From the NCBI GenBank assembly GCA_943348815.1, contig CALQYT010000003.1, forward strand, positions 4,679 through 68,678: a stretch of 64,000 bases of DNA. The letters are read 5' to 3'. The notes beneath the pieces were generated by a model that saw only the letters and a program-made list of their open reading frames with translations, was not told where the DNA came from and did no database searches. Made by a program: the position numbers and the translations under genes. The stretch comes from Candidatus Nomurabacteria bacterium (GTDB lineage: Bacteria; Patescibacteriota; Minisyncoccia; Phycocordibacterales; SBAW01). Shown here piece by piece: positions 28,478 to 39,469 of this stretch (position 1 is its first letter; each line of letters opens with the position of its first letter).

Positions 28478-29449
28478 TCATGGCAGGGTAAAGTCCGCAA
28501 TACCCGCTGCCGTAAGGATTTTTTGCCTATGCTCCCCCTGGGCTACGCTCACTTGTTGATCCTCAATAGTGAGCGGCACCAAGACAAACGAGGTGTTTTG
28601 CTCTCCAAAATCAACCCGCACCGCTAAGCTATGGGTGGTCTCCCAGGAGAAGTTTTGGTCAAACAAAAAATTGCCCAGCGAGTAAAAAATAGCCTTACCC
28701 TTGTAAGTCTCAACCTCTTCTACCACATGAGGGTGCGATCCAATAACCAAATCGGCTCCTGCATCGATAAATGCGTGGGCATCCTGTTGCTGTGCTTGGT
28801 TAGAGTGCGTCTGATACTCCTGCCCCCAGTGGGCAAACACCACTATTTTCCAACAATTATTGGCATGCAGACGCACAACCTCGGCGAGTACCGGGGTGGA
28901 CGAGGCGTCAAAGGTTGCATTGTAGCCGACCAAGCAAAATGACCCATCTTTTGTCTGGAGTGTTGTAGAGGGATTCGATTCATTAAACGGTTGACCGAAG
29001 GACGGTACGCCCCACTGCCCTAAATTAAAACGGGTATCATCATATCCAAACTTTCCAAAATCTAAGGTGTGATTATTAGCGAGTGACACCGCATTGAAAT
29101 GCAAAGTAGTGAGAACATATTCCGCTAATTTTGGATCAAACGTAAATCGCAATATCTTGCTATTGCGCTGTGCAATGGACGCATTGGTAGTAATCGTCCC
29201 CTCCAAATTCCCTACCCGCAAATCTGCACTGGCAAACAAGTCCCGGGTGCTCGTGGCAATGAGTGACTCTTGCCCGAGATCATGCGCGGCGACAGCGACA
29301 TTTCTATCGAGCATAAGGTCGCCTACAAACAACACCCGCACCGGTTTGGGTAGCATAGGCGTCTCCGGAGCCCGCACCGGCGCAGGACTAGCACCAAGCT
29401 CGGCAGCAACAACCAGCAGTACGGCCGCGCCGATGATTACGTCCTTCAT
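28478..29449 (-). CDS. CapA/PgsA-family metallophosphoesterase, exported
   Basis: [44 protein letters not shown]. Confidence 0.92.
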   Translation of the reverse strand: MKDVIIGAAVLLVVAAELGASPAPVRAPETPMLPKPVRVLFVGDLMLDRNVAVAAHDLGQESLIATSTRDLFASADLRVGNLEGTITTNASIAQRNSKILRFTFDPKLAEYVLTTLHFNAVSLANNHTLDFGKFGYDDTRFNLGQWGVPSFGQPFNESNPSTTLQTKDGSFCLVGYNATFDASSTPVLAEVVRLHANNCWKIVVFAHWGQEYQTHSNQAQQQDAHAFIDAGADLVIGSHPHVVEEVETYKGKAIFYSLGNFLFDQNFSWETTHSLAVRVDFGEQNTSFVLVPLTIEDQQVSVAQGEHRQKILTAAGIADFTLP

Positions 29450-30324
29450 TGCGCGGGAGTCGCCGCAAGCAGAGCGTCGATAATCGGCTCGATGCCACCC
29501 GCAAAAATCTTGGGCAGGTTATGCCAGTCTTCTTTTATCCGGTGGTCGGTAACGCGGTCTTGCAAAATGTTATAGGTGCGGATCTTTTCTGACCGGTCGG
29601 CGGTGCCTATTTGGTCTTTGCGCACCTGGGCGTGTTTTTTAGCCTCCTGTTCTTCCTGCAAACTCTCGAGTTTGGCTATCAGCACGGACATCGCGCGCTC
29701 GCGGTTGGCGTTTTGCGAGCGCTCCTCCTGACTGCGCGCATCGAGCCCCGTTGGTTTGTGGATGATACGCACGGCGGTCTCAACCTTGTTGACGTTTTGT
29801 CCGCCTGCACCACCCGCACGGCTAAACTCCATTTCCAAATCGGCAGGATTAATTTCTATCTTGTGCTTTTTGCGGATCGGCAAGACCGCAACCGTGGCCG
29901 TCGAAGTATGTACGCGGCCGGATTTTTCGGTTGACGGCACTCGCTGGATGCGGTGCACGCCCGTCTCGAACCGCAACTTTTCGTACACACCAAGACCGCG
30001 CAGCTCAAACGCCGCTTCTTTATAGCCACCTAGGTCAGTCTTGTTTTCGTAGAGCAGGCGGCTCTGCCAACCCTGGGCATCGGCGTAGGCTCGGTACATG
30101 TTGCCAAGCTCCTCGGCAAAAAGAGCCGCCTCTTGACCACCCACGCCCGCGCGCACTTCTACCACCGCTTCGTTAGGAAACTGATCGTTCCCCTCCTCGA
30201 CGGCGAGGATTTTATCCATCTCGGCGATGAGCATCTTTTGTTGCTCTTCGTCACCCTCCATCATCTCGACCGCTTTGGCGAGATAGGCGGTCTTTGGGTT
30301 TTGTTTATAGTTGCTGAGGTCCAT
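29446..30324 (-). CDS. prfA: Peptide chain release factor 1 (N-terminal domain shortened)
   Basis: PST tripeptide (RVPSTE), [16 protein letters not shown]. Confidence 0.95.
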   Translation of the reverse strand: MDLSNYKQNPKTAYLAKAVEMMEGDEEQQKMLIAEMDKILAVEEGNDQFPNEAVVEVRAGVGGQEAALFAEELGNMYRAYADAQGWQSRLLYENKTDLGGYKEAAFELRGLGVYEKLRFETGVHRIQRVPSTEKSGRVHTSTATVAVLPIRKKHKIEINPADLEMEFSRAGGAGGQNVNKVETAVRIIHKPTGLDARSQEERSQNANRERAMSVLIAKLESLQEEQEAKKHAQVRKDQIGTADRSEKIRTYNILQDRVTDHRIKEDWHNLPKIFAGGIEPIIDALLAATPAQ

Positions 30325-30549
30325 CTACTTCGACTTTTTTGTCGTAGCAGCTTTCGACTTGCGGGCTTTAAACTTCTCCACGCGGCCGGCGGCGTCGAGA
30401 ATCTTCTCGTTGCCGGTATAAAACGGATGGCAGTTAGAGCAGATTTCTATCTCCAATTTTTCCTTGGTTGAGCCCACGGTAAAGGTCCGCCCGCATGCGC
30501 AGACAACTTTAGCCGAAGCATAATAGGTCGGATGAATATCAGCTTTCAT
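30325..30549 (-). CDS. rpmE: 50S ribosomal protein L31
   Basis: [28 protein letters not shown]. Confidence 0.97.
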   Translation of the reverse strand: MKADIHPTYYASAKVVCACGRTFTVGSTKEKLEIEICSNCHPFYTGNEKILDAAGRVEKFKARKSKAATTKKSK

Positions 30550-30589
30550 GCAAAGTAAGATAGCACGCGGAAAATGCCTTGTAAAGAAA

Positions 30590-31999
30590 CTAATTTTCTT
30601 TCAGGAAGTCGATATTGTCCTGGAAGGTTTGTGCCTTTTTAACTACCGAATCGCCATAGGTGTAGTTGGTCGGGCGCCTCGTATCACACGAGCGGCCCGA
30701 ATAATACTTGCATGCCGCGTTGCGCTCGCCGCTGTAGGTTTGCGAGCCAGCACCTAAGTCGGCGAGGTAGAGCGCGGTGGCCATAATAGCGTCTTGCGGA
30801 TTCCACGGGTTGGGTTGCGATACACCGAGCGCCGTTTGTAGCCGCGGGCTAAAGATCTGCCAGGTCGACGGTATAAACTGCGACGGCCCCATTGCCCCAC
30901 CGTAGCCGCGGCTGCTGCTGTAGACCTTGCCGAGCGGGCAGGACACCGGCGTTGTGGCCCAGGCTAACCCGAGCGCGGAGGTTATCGCCTGAAAGGGCCC
31001 GGTATCGCGCGGGGCTTTCATAACCTTTTCGTAAAATGAGTTGTTGGTTTTGCCAATACCATCGCCCGTGTCGATGTTGGTGACCAGGCACGAACCGATG
31101 TTTTTGCCCAAGTCGGACTCTTGGGAGAGTATCGCGAGTATCATCGCCGCACGCACGCCGGTCTTCCCCTCGGCCACCGTGGCGTACTGGAGCGCCGATT
31201 CAAACGAGATCCCCTGTGTGTCGCGCAGGTCAAAGAGCGCGTTGCGGATGGCTTCGGCCTTGCGCTGCCGCTCGGCTAACACTTGGGCGTACTCGGCTTC
31301 TTGGTTTTTAGTGATGGCGAGGAGCTGCTTTTTTTGGTCTTGGTCGGTCTTAATTTGTTTTTGTTTGGTTTGCACCACAAACCGCGCATCTTCCTGTGCG
31401 CTTTTTTTTGCAGCCAGCACATCCTTTTCTTTCTGAGTTTGGTCTTTGGTTTGCCGCAAATCTTCAAACAACACCTGTAGGTCGCGATCTATCGAGTCGA
31501 CCGCCTGCGCGTCGCTAAAAAAGTCAGAGAGGTTGTCCGAGGAGAGTGCAAGTATGGCGAGCGGCTGCTGCTCGGCCTCGTTTTTTTGCCGCATCAGCTT
31601 GGCAAGCGAGTCCATGCCGGTAGCAAGCTTGTCTTCGAGCGTCTGCACGGTTGCCGCTTTTTGTTGGATCTGATCTTGCAACTGACCAATCGAAACCGTG
31701 CGCTGCTTAATCTCCGCCTGCGCTTTGTTTATTTGTGCAGTTAGCGCCGATACATCGCCGGTTAAAGTATTTTTTTTGGCGCGGGTGTCGTCGAGCACCT
31801 TTTGCCACTCTGCTATCTCTTGCTGCAGTTGGTCATACTCGGCCTGGCATTGGGCTTTTTGGGCCGGAGTGTCACACAACGGCGGTGCCGTAGCGTCGAC
31901 TTGGGCAAAAGCGAGCGGAGCGAAGGCAGCACAATAGCCGCTTACCCCAACGGCAACACCGACCATGAGCGCGAGACTATAGCCCCGAGTAACTTTCAT
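30590..31999 (-). CDS. Secreted coiled-coil protein with lytic murein transglycosylase domain
   Basis: Signal peptide, long coiled coil, [30 protein letters not shown]. Confidence 0.88.
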   Translation of the reverse strand: MKVTRGYSLALMVGVAVGVSGYCAAFAPLAFAQVDATAPPLCDTPAQKAQCQAEYDQLQQEIAEWQKVLDDTRAKKNTLTGDVSALTAQINKAQAEIKQRTVSIGQLQDQIQQKAATVQTLEDKLATGMDSLAKLMRQKNEAEQQPLAILALSSDNLSDFFSDAQAVDSIDRDLQVLFEDLRQTKDQTQKEKDVLAAKKSAQEDARFVVQTKQKQIKTDQDQKKQLLAITKNQEAEYAQVLAERQRKAEAIRNALFDLRDTQGISFESALQYATVAEGKTGVRAAMILAILSQESDLGKNIGSCLVTNIDTGDGIGKTNNSFYEKVMKAPRDTGPFQAITSALGLAWATTPVSCPLGKVYSSSRGYGGAMGPSQFIPSTWQIFSPRLQTALGVSQPNPWNPQDAIMATALYLADLGAGSQTYSGERNAACKYYSGRSCDTRRPTNYTYGDSVVKKAQTFQDNIDFLKEN

Positions 32000-32078
32000 C
32001 GATTCTTCAATTGTATCAGACGCAGAAAAGCTCAGAAGATTACTTCTGAGCTTTTCATTCTCTCCAAAATAACGAGTG

Positions 32079-32765
32079 CTACTCTTTCTTTTCTTTCGGT
32101 TTGCTTTCAGCCTTAGGCTCAGCAGCAGGGGCGGCACCTTCCTCGCCCTCTTCGGGCTTCTTGCCGCGCTCTTCGGAGATCTCGATTTGCGAGATATCGG
32201 CAACGGGTGCATCAACCGGCTCTTCTTTAGCAACCGAAATCATCGCCACCACTTCATCCGCATCGATAGAAATTTTGGCCGAGGCCGGAAGCTTGAGATC
32301 TTTGACTTTAATCTGGTCTTCGAGCGTTGCGAGGGTCGAGACATCCACGTGGATCGCGTGTGGCAGTTCGGTCGGGTCACACTCGATCTCGAGCTCGTGC
32401 ATAACCTTGGTCAAAATACCGCCCAGATCTTTAACCGCCGGCGGGGTGCCCTCAAACTCGAGCGGGACCGACACGGTCACCGTTTGACCCTTTTCAATGG
32501 CATAAAAATCGGCGTGCATGGCGACACCCGTTACCGGGTGCACCTCCACCTCCTGAATAAGTGCCTGCTTGTCGGCATCGAGCCCTTTGAGGGTAATTAC
32601 CGTTGTTTCGCCGGCGGTACTAAGCAGCTTTTCAAACGCTTTGCGGTTGACGGCGATAGGGGTCGAGGCCTCGGAACGGCCGTAGACGACCGCGGGTAAA
32701 ACACCCTCCAAGCGGAGCGTATTAGGACTTTTGGTGTTGTCGCGCTTCGTAACCGTCAGTTCCAT
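32079..32765 (-). CDS. rplY: 50S ribosomal protein L25/CTC
   Basis: LPAVVYG, HPVTG..HADF, VPLEFEG, LPHAIHVDV. Confidence 0.96.
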   Translation of the reverse strand: MELTVTKRDNTKSPNTLRLEGVLPAVVYGRSEASTPIAVNRKAFEKLLSTAGETTVITLKGLDADKQALIQEVEVHPVTGVAMHADFYAIEKGQTVTVSVPLEFEGTPPAVKDLGGILTKVMHELEIECDPTELPHAIHVDVSTLATLEDQIKVKDLKLPASAKISIDADEVVAMISVAKEEPVDAPVADISQIEISEERGKKPEEGEEGAAPAAEPKAESKPKEKKE

Positions 32766-32877
32766 TGCCCGAACACTATATATAAGTTTCGTGCTATCCG
32801 CAAGCCGTATCGTTGACTTTACTGACCTTTTTTAATCTAATACTTATGAACCGTCCTCCATCCAACGGAGTCTGCCC

Positions 32878-33120
32878 ATGCAGGTACACTCGCCTAGTGC
32901 ACCACTAAGTTCCGGACAGACTGCACTTACGTCTGTCGGTTTGTTCGCGCTAATCAGCCTGTTGGTAGGGGTTATTCTCTACCTTGTGCTTGACACCGCG
33001 TTTCCCGCAGTACTCCATCCCAAGACCAAAGGAATCATGGTTGGAATCGGGATGTGGGCGGTGTGTTCGTCACTCATGTTCTGCTATTACCTCGTGAGAT
33101 ACCTCTGCCGTCGTGGATGA
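32878..33120 (+). CDS. Small two-TM hypothetical protein
   Basis: GGAG SD, two hydrophobic helices, hairpin terminator at about 33146-33173. Confidence 0.55.
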   Translation: MQVHSPSAPLSSGQTALTSVGLFALISLLVGVILYLVLDTAFPAVLHPKTKGIMVGIGMWAVCSSLMFCYYLVRYLCRRG

Positions 33121-33171
33121 GCACGAGGGTCTCATGGATCACTCCATCGCCCCGTCTCTGACGTGGCGATT

Positions 33172-34029
33172 TTATTGTCCTGCAAAAACTTTTAACTTGC
33201 CCGCCACATACTCCTTCATCCGTTTGACTGCCGGCTCAAGAAACCGGTACGGCGCGACTTCGCCGGGGTTAGAGCGTATCGAGTCAAACAACCCGTCGCG
33301 GTATATGACACGCAACTCGGTATTGATATGCACAATGGCCACGCCCGCCGCAATGCACGCTTTAATATCCTCTTCGGTATTTCCTGACGCGCCGTGCAAG
33401 ACGAGCGGAATAGTAAGCGCCTCAGAAATTTCTTTAACCCGCTCAGGATGCAACCGCGGCTCGGCGGCGTTTTTTAACATCCCGTGGATGTTACCCACCG
33501 CCGGCGCAAAGCAGTCGACTCCGGTCGAGCCCACAAACTCTTTGGCGTCGGCAACGGTAGTGAGATTCTCTATACTTACTCCTTCCGGCAAGGCATCCAA
33601 TTGTTTTGAAGAAGTGCCGATGTAGCCAAGTTCGCCCTCCACCACCACATCGCGGTGGCTTGAGCGCGCATAGCTAACTACCTGTTTGACCATTAAAATA
33701 TTTTCGTCCATTTTGAGCTTGGCACCGTCGACCACAATCGAGTCTACGCCGTCGTCTATCGCTTTCTGCGCTTTTTCTAAACTGTACGTATGGTCGGCGT
33801 TTAAATAGAGTTGCAGCCCTTTGGATTGATAGATGGTCACGAGCGCACGAGCGTGCGACAGTGGAAAATAATCGCGCTCCCCTTCGGAGAGCCCGATGAT
33901 TGCCGGGAGGTTAGTTTCTTTGCTCGCAAGGGCAATCGCGTGGAGTTGGTTAGAGTCGGAGATATTAAAGTGCCCTATTGCTTTGTGTGCCTGTTTATAG
34001 TCGGCGACGGCCTCGCGCAAAGATCGCAT
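33172..34029 (-). CDS. fba: Class II fructose-bisphosphate aldolase
   Basis: NADH(T), VEGELGYIG, AVGNIHG, LVLHGASG, INTELR. Confidence 0.95.
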   Translation of the reverse strand: MRSLREAVADYKQAHKAIGHFNISDSNQLHAIALASKETNLPAIIGLSEGERDYFPLSHARALVTIYQSKGLQLYLNADHTYSLEKAQKAIDDGVDSIVVDGAKLKMDENILMVKQVVSYARSSHRDVVVEGELGYIGTSSKQLDALPEGVSIENLTTVADAKEFVGSTGVDCFAPAVGNIHGMLKNAAEPRLHPERVKEISEALTIPLVLHGASGNTEEDIKACIAAGVAIVHINTELRVIYRDGLFDSIRSNPGEVAPYRFLEPAVKRMKEYVAGKLKVFAGQ

Positions 34030-34044
34030 ATACTATAAGTATAT

Positions 34045-35076
34045 ATGGACTTTTTAGCGGTGGGTGACACGGTGGTAGATGACTTTATCCGGTTGAAGGA
34101 TGCAACGGTGCACTGCAACATCGACCACGAAGCCTGCGAAATAAGTATGCGTTGGGGCGACAAGATCCCCTACGAGTTTCATAAACTGATTCCCGCCGTC
34201 GGCAACGCGGCTAATGCAGCTGTCTCGGCGGCGCGCCTCGGAGTATCTTCCGCATTTCGCGCTTACGTGGGCAAAGATGCGTACGGCGCACAGTGTCTTG
34301 ATGCCCTCCGCAAAGAAGGCATCGACACCACCTACGTCGAGACGGTTGAGGGAAAGTTCACCAATTATCACTACGTACTTTGGTTTGAGTCGCAACGCAC
34401 GATACTGGTTAAACACGAGCAGTTTGACTACCGTGCGCCTACGCTTGCGACCGCCCCCAAATGGCTTTACCTTTCTTCGCTCGGGGAAACATCGCTTCCT
34501 TACCACCATGCACTCATGGATATGCTCAAAAAATATCCTGAGTGCAAACTCGCATTCCAACCGGGGACGTACCAGATCAACTTTAGCGAGCACTGGGTCA
34601 ACCACAAAGAAGATTTTGCTGACGTGTATGCGCGTACTGAAATCTTTTTTTGCAACAAAGAAGAGGCTGAGCGGATTTTGGACAAACCTACGGGGAGCGA
34701 CCTCAAAGACTTACTCCGCAGCATCAAAGCACTCGGTCCAAAAATGATAGTCATTACTGACGATGCCCGCGGAGCCTACTCGATAGACGAGAGTGGCGCT
34801 ATGCTCCACTGCCCGCGCTACCCCGACCCTAGAGCTCCGTATGAAATAACCGGTGCCGGCGATGCGCTCGCGTCAACGACGACCGTAGCACTGTCGCTCG
34901 GCAAAGATTTGGCCACCGCATTGCAATGGGGCGCAACCAACGCCTCGGCAGTGCTACAAAAAATTGGGGCCCAAGAGGGCCTGCTCACGCGCGAACAGTT
35001 GGAAAAAAACTTGGCTAACCCACCGGCACCGTTTGTGGTAGAGTCGCTAGATAATAGCCCGGGCAAAGCATCATGA
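34045..35076 (+). CDS. PfkB/ribokinase-family carbohydrate kinase
   Basis: GNAANAAVSAARLG, FCNKEEA, EITGAGDA. Confidence 0.93.
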   Translation: MDFLAVGDTVVDDFIRLKDATVHCNIDHEACEISMRWGDKIPYEFHKLIPAVGNAANAAVSAARLGVSSAFRAYVGKDAYGAQCLDALRKEGIDTTYVETVEGKFTNYHYVLWFESQRTILVKHEQFDYRAPTLATAPKWLYLSSLGETSLPYHHALMDMLKKYPECKLAFQPGTYQINFSEHWVNHKEDFADVYARTEIFFCNKEEAERILDKPTGSDLKDLLRSIKALGPKMIVITDDARGAYSIDESGAMLHCPRYPDPRAPYEITGAGDALASTTTVALSLGKDLATALQWGATNASAVLQKIGAQEGLLTREQLEKNLANPPAPFVVESLDNSPGKAS

Positions 35077-35642
35077 TTATTGGGATAACCGCCCCCTCGG
35101 GCGTTGGCAAATCCTCTTTTGTAAAAGCCTTTTTTGACGCACAACGGAACGCGCACTTTTTGGTAAGTACCACCACACGCGTGGCGCGCGAGCGCGACCT
35201 GCAGCTGCATGGCGAGAGCGAATATGAGCACGTAAGCGAGGTTGAGTTTGAAAAGATGGTACCGCAGTTTTTGCAGCCCTTTGGCCACTACGACGCACGC
35301 TACGGTACCCTGCGCTCGCGGTTTGAAGAAGCGTTGCGCTCGAGCGAACCGTATTTGGCAGCATTGGTGATCCCCGCCGCGGAACGTATGTTTGCCGAAG
35401 CACAAAAAATAAATCTGCAAAATAATCTGCAGTTGTTGTATTTGGACCTACCCAACGAAGAGGAGCGTTTGCGGCGGCTCGGCGAGCGCGGCGAAGAAAA
35501 TAAAACGCGCTTCGTCCCCGAGTTGGAGCAATGGCGCACGCAGGCGCAGGCGAGCAAACTCCCCTATGTATTTATCGAGGCCACTAAACCGCCGCAAGAG
35601 TTAGTGGAAGAAGCGCTACGGCAGCTGCGTCTCGGTCTCTAA
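35073..35642 (+). CDS. gmk: Guanylate-kinase-like protein
   Basis: APSGVGKSS P-loop, VSTTTR..R, Y.HVS..EF, YGT. Confidence 0.7.
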   Translation: MIIGITAPSGVGKSSFVKAFFDAQRNAHFLVSTTTRVARERDLQLHGESEYEHVSEVEFEKMVPQFLQPFGHYDARYGTLRSRFEEALRSSEPYLAALVIPAAERMFAEAQKINLQNNLQLLYLDLPNEEERLRRLGERGEENKTRFVPELEQWRTQAQASKLPYVFIEATKPPQELVEEALRQLRLGL

Positions 35643-35793
35643 ATATTTTGAAAGAGTACTTTCAACCGGATCATGACCGTTTGCTGCGTGCCATACCAAA
35701 AGCCCTGCTCCTCCACCCCACACTAACAAAAACAAACTGCCGATAAGTGTTCCTACGCGGGCCTTCAATACATGAGCTTCAGAAATAAGCATA

Positions 35794-36753
35794 CTATTTT
35801 CGTCCCGCTACTTTGCGGATTGCATCGGCGATATGCGGTGCGGTAAGTTTGTAGTGCTCGAGCAGCTCTTTTGGTTCGCCGGATTGTCCGAACATGTCTT
35901 TGACGCCAACAAACTCTATGGGAGTCGGACATTGTTGTGCCAGAACTTCGGCAATCGCACTTCCCAAACCACCGGCCACCTGATGTTCTTCGACTACCAC
36001 CACCGCGCGCGCTTCTTTGGCGTGTTGCACGATAGTTTGTACGTCTAATGGTTTGATGGTGTGTACATTAATGACCACCGTTGGTACTGCTTGCTCGATT
36101 TGTTTGGCAGCCGCGAGTGCTTCGTACAATAGCGGCCCTGTGGCAAACACCGCCACCTCGGCACCATGTGCAGACTCCCACATTACAGTAGCCTTACCAA
36201 TTGCAAAGGGTGTCTCGCGGGTCGTCATGACTGGCGTCTTTTCGCGGGCAAGGCGGATATACACGGGGCCCGGATGTGTCGCGGCCGCGAGCGTTGCTTT
36301 GCGCGCCTCTTCCTTGTCGCACGGGCTTACTACCGTCATCCGCGGTTGCACGCGCATGAGCGCCATATCCTCAAGCGCCTGATGCGTCGCTCCATCAGGA
36401 CCAACCGAGAGCCCGGCATGTGAACCGACAATTTTAACCGGCACATTGTTTAACGAAATAGTGGTGCGGATCTGCTCGTTGTTGCGGCCGGGGCTAAACG
36501 TCGCATACGAAGCAATAAATGGAATTTTACCGTAGTTAGCGAGGCCTGAGGCCACCGTGGCCAAATTTTGCTCGGCGACGCCCAGCTCGATGTAACGTTC
36601 GGGATATTTTTCTTTAAACGCCAACATGCGCGTGCTCTCGGCCAGGTCGGCACAGAGTGCCACGACATTCGGGTTGGTCGCTCCCAACTCAAGGAGCGCC
36701 TCGCCAAATCCGTCACGCGTATATGCAACTTTTATTTCTTCTTTATCACTCAT
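35794..36753 (-). CDS. Transketolase C-terminal subunit
   Basis: GVAEQN, VGPDGATHQ, GPVYIRL, TIKPLD, EEHQVAGGLG. Confidence 0.95.
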   Translation of the reverse strand: MSDKEEIKVAYTRDGFGEALLELGATNPNVVALCADLAESTRMLAFKEKYPERYIELGVAEQNLATVASGLANYGKIPFIASYATFSPGRNNEQIRTTISLNNVPVKIVGSHAGLSVGPDGATHQALEDMALMRVQPRMTVVSPCDKEEARKATLAAATHPGPVYIRLAREKTPVMTTRETPFAIGKATVMWESAHGAEVAVFATGPLLYEALAAAKQIEQAVPTVVINVHTIKPLDVQTIVQHAKEARAVVVVEEHQVAGGLGSAIAEVLAQQCPTPIEFVGVKDMFGQSGEPKELLEHYKLTAPHIADAIRKVAGRK

Positions 36754-37600
36754 GTTCGCTTTGTATTTTGCCCTTTAGCGTCCGCAGTTCGGTCAAAAAC
36801 TTTTGCGCCTCTTCTTTGTTGGGCGCCTTGCCGTGCCAGTGATAATCAAATTCTATTTCTTTAATCCCTTTCCCGGGGATCGTATGCGCAATAATGACCG
36901 TGGGCTTTTCGTATATTGCTTTGGCTTGCTCGACGCACGAAATAAAACCGGCGATATTGTGGCCGTCGCACTCGAGCACATGCCAATTAAAAGCCTCGTA
37001 CTTTTCGCGCAAACGCTCGAGCGGCATTACCTCTTCGGTGTAGCCGTTAATTTGTATGTTGTTGCGGTCTACAACGCCGGTAAGGTTAGAGAGTTTGTTG
37101 TTACCCGCAAACATCGCCGCCTCCCAAAGGGCACCCGCGTCGTGCTCGCCGTCGCTCATAAGGCAGTAGGTGCGGAAGGTCTTTTTATCCATACGCGCAC
37201 CGTAGGCAATACCCGCTGCTTGGCCAAGCCCCGCACCGAGCGGGCCGGAGGTTGTTTCGACGCCCGGCAACTTTTCGCGCTCAGGGTGACCCTGCAGGCG
37301 CGAGCCAAATTTGCGCAGCGTCAAACACTCTTCTACTGCAAAGTACCCCGCGTGTGCCATCGCCGAGTAGCGGACGGGCGTGATGTGACCGTTGGAAAGT
37401 ATCAAACGGTCGCGCTCCGGCCACTCAGGGTTTTTTGGATCATGGTTAAGTAAATAAAAATAAAAGGCAGTAAAAATATCGGCCATACCAAGCGGCCCTG
37501 CCGTGTGGCCGGAGCCGGCAGCAAGAAGCATCTCGATTAGCGTCTCGCGTACCGCCTCGGCTTGCAACTCAAGCTCTTTTATTTTTTGTGGAGTAATCAT
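36746..37600 (-). CDS. Transketolase N-terminal subunit
   Basis: SGH, DRLILSNGH, LQGHP, SDGE..N TPP motif, HTIPGKG, WHGK. Confidence 0.95.
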   Translation of the reverse strand: MITPQKIKELELQAEAVRETLIEMLLAAGSGHTAGPLGMADIFTAFYFYLLNHDPKNPEWPERDRLILSNGHITPVRYSAMAHAGYFAVEECLTLRKFGSRLQGHPEREKLPGVETTSGPLGAGLGQAAGIAYGARMDKKTFRTYCLMSDGEHDAGALWEAAMFAGNNKLSNLTGVVDRNNIQINGYTEEVMPLERLREKYEAFNWHVLECDGHNIAGFISCVEQAKAIYEKPTVIIAHTIPGKGIKEIEFDYHWHGKAPNKEEAQKFLTELRTLKGKIQSEHE

Positions 37601-37612
37601 ACTACCTGGAGC

Positions 37613-38314
37613 TTACGGATTGACTATATTGTACAACTCTTTGTACGCGGCAACCGGGTCTTTGGCACCAAAAATTGCGTGGCCTACCACGAGCCGGTTA
37701 GCTCCTGCTTGCGCCAATTTTGCAGCATCGTCCACCGTGACCGACCCATCAACCTGGAGCGGCAACTCCGGGTAGCGGTTGCGCAACCGCTCGACCAAAA
37801 AGAGCGCGCGCTCGTCAAACGGCTCGCCCTGTTTGCCCTCGTGGTCGATCCCCATCACCTGGACAAAATCAAACTGTGCTTCAAACGGTTCGAGTTCGTC
37901 GGGCTGTGCCTGCGCACCAAGCGCCACCCCCGCTTGCACCGCAAAGGTTCCCATCTCATCGCGGCGGTCAACTACTAGTTGAACCGCTTCAACCGCGCCG
38001 GGCGCGTGGGCATGCACGACTATTTGGGTTGCCCCCGCCGCCAAAAAATCTTTTAGCTGCAACTCCGGATGCTCAATCATCAAGTCAAACTGAAAATCCA
38101 ACTCATCCCAAAACGGCAGTCCGTGCTCGGCCTCAACAATTTTTTTAAAACTCTCGGTGTCACGGTAGGGCCAGGTTTTGTGTTTGGCGTAGCGACCGTC
38201 AACCACATCGATCTGTACGTGCTTAGCGACACCACGCACCAAAGCTAAATGTTCTTCTAAGTCTTTAAACGACTGTGGCAACACCGCAGGAATTATTTCG
38301 ACCTTAGTGCTCAT
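37613..38314 (-). CDS. rpe: Ribulose-phosphate 3-epimerase
   Basis: IIPAVL, QIDVVDG, DLMI, VQVMG..GKQG, LQVDG, VVGHAIF. Confidence 0.9.
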   Translation of the reverse strand: MSTKVEIIPAVLPQSFKDLEEHLALVRGVAKHVQIDVVDGRYAKHKTWPYRDTESFKKIVEAEHGLPFWDELDFQFDLMIEHPELQLKDFLAAGATQIVVHAHAPGAVEAVQLVVDRRDEMGTFAVQAGVALGAQAQPDELEPFEAQFDFVQVMGIDHEGKQGEPFDERALFLVERLRNRYPELPLQVDGSVTVDDAAKLAQAGANRLVVGHAIFGAKDPVAAYKELYNIVNP

Positions 38315-38750
38315 GGTCTAACTTTTCTATCCGGCGGACGTGCCGTGCGTCGCCTGAAAACGGCGTTTGTAAAAAAAGTTCCACGGCGCGCTTGGCTTCG
38401 TCTGTGGTTATAAACCGCACACCGAGCGACAGTACATTGGCGTCGTTGTGTTCGCGCGCAACTTTAACCACCTCGAGATTACCCCCGTAAAACTCCGCCG
38501 CGCGCACGCCATCAATCCGGTTAGCACTCATCGCCTCACCCTCGCCCGAGCCGCCAAGTACAATACCAAAACTCCCCTCATTGAGGGCGACCTTGTGCGC
38601 CATAGGCGCAATAAAATCTGGGTAGTCGTCTTGCGGATTAAGTTCCGAGGGCCCACAGTCCTCGACCTCGTGGTCAAGCGATCTTAAAAACTCGAGCAAT
38701 ACTTTTTTTAATTCAAACCCCGCGTGGTCGGATGCAATAAAAACTTTCAT
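38304..38750 (-). CDS. rpiB: Ribose-5-phosphate isomerase B
   Basis: SDHAGF, DYPD, GGSGEGE, AREHNDANVLSLG, RHVRRI. Confidence 0.95.
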   Translation of the reverse strand: MKVFIASDHAGFELKKVLLEFLRSLDHEVEDCGPSELNPQDDYPDFIAPMAHKVALNEGSFGIVLGGSGEGEAMSANRIDGVRAAEFYGGNLEVVKVAREHNDANVLSLGVRFITTDEAKRAVELFLQTPFSGDARHVRRIEKLDHEH

Positions 38751-38782
38751 ACTGTTTATTGTACGATGCTACTGTGCTGCGT

Positions 38783-38803
38783 CATCAAGGTTCGACCTTG
38801 ATG
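38783..38803. repeat. REP palindrome upstream of RAYT
   Basis: CATCAAGGTTCGACCTTGATG. Confidence 0.9.
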
Positions 38804-38815
38804 TATAATGCGTGG

Positions 38816-39436
38816 ATGGGTGACCGCGTTCCACTTATATCTGAGGAGATATACCACGTTTACAATCGTGGCACAGATAAAAGAAAAATCTTTTCAAACA
38901 ATAAAGACTACGAGCGTTTTCTTGCACTACTATACCTAAGTAACGGTACTTCCGCGGTTCATATAAGCAATCATCAAGGTTCGACCTTGATGGATTTGTT
39001 GGGGTTAGAGAAAGGCAATCGCCTCGTGGATATTGGGGCATATTGTTTAATGCCGAATCACTTTCACCTCCTTCTTCGCCAGCGTAGCGAAAATGGAATT
39101 AGTAAATTTATGCAGAAATTGACGACGGGTTACACCATGTACTTCAACACTCGATACGAACGTAATGGGACACTTTTTCAAGGCAAATTTAAATCCTCGC
39201 ACGTTGCAGAAGACCGCTATCTCAAATATCTAATTTCTTACATTCATCTAAATCCTAAAAATTACAACGTCCATCAATACTCAAGCTACTTGGACTTCAT
39301 GGATCAAAAGCGCCCCGAATGCAAAATTTTAAATAAGGAATGTTTACCTCTTTATTTTACTTCGCCCGGTGATTTTGCTGCGGAATTAAAAGATTGGGCA
39401 TCTTATCGAAACGAGTTTATCAAGGTTCGACCTTGA
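38816..39436 (+). mobile_element. REP-associated tyrosine (Y1 HUH) transposase, RAYT-like
   Basis: YHVYNRG, AYCLMPNHFHLL (HUH), YFNTRYER.G.LFQGKF, YIHLNP (catalytic Tyr), YSSY; flanked by REP palindromes; TATAAT 6 nt before ATG. Confidence 0.92.
38972..38992. repeat. REP palindrome inside the RAYT CDS (encodes HQGSTLM)
   Basis: CATCAAGGTTCGACCTTGATG, identical to 38783-38803. Confidence 0.9.
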
Positions 39437-39458
39437 TGGGGTGAGGTTCGACCTCGCC
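39419..39458. repeat. Tandem REP palindromes at the RAYT 3' end
   Basis: ATCAAGGTTCGACCTTGAT (contains the stop) followed by GGGTGAGGTTCGACCTCGCC. Confidence 0.88.
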
Positions 39459-39469
39459 CGAAAGGAGAA

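Noticed and set aside
27150-28559. 469-aa plus-strand ORF
   Set aside because: Antisense shadow of rpsB/tsf with no recognisable motifs.
32000-32233. N-terminal extension of the transglycosylase ORF
   Set aside because: Overlaps rplY; the signal peptide begins at ATG 31999.
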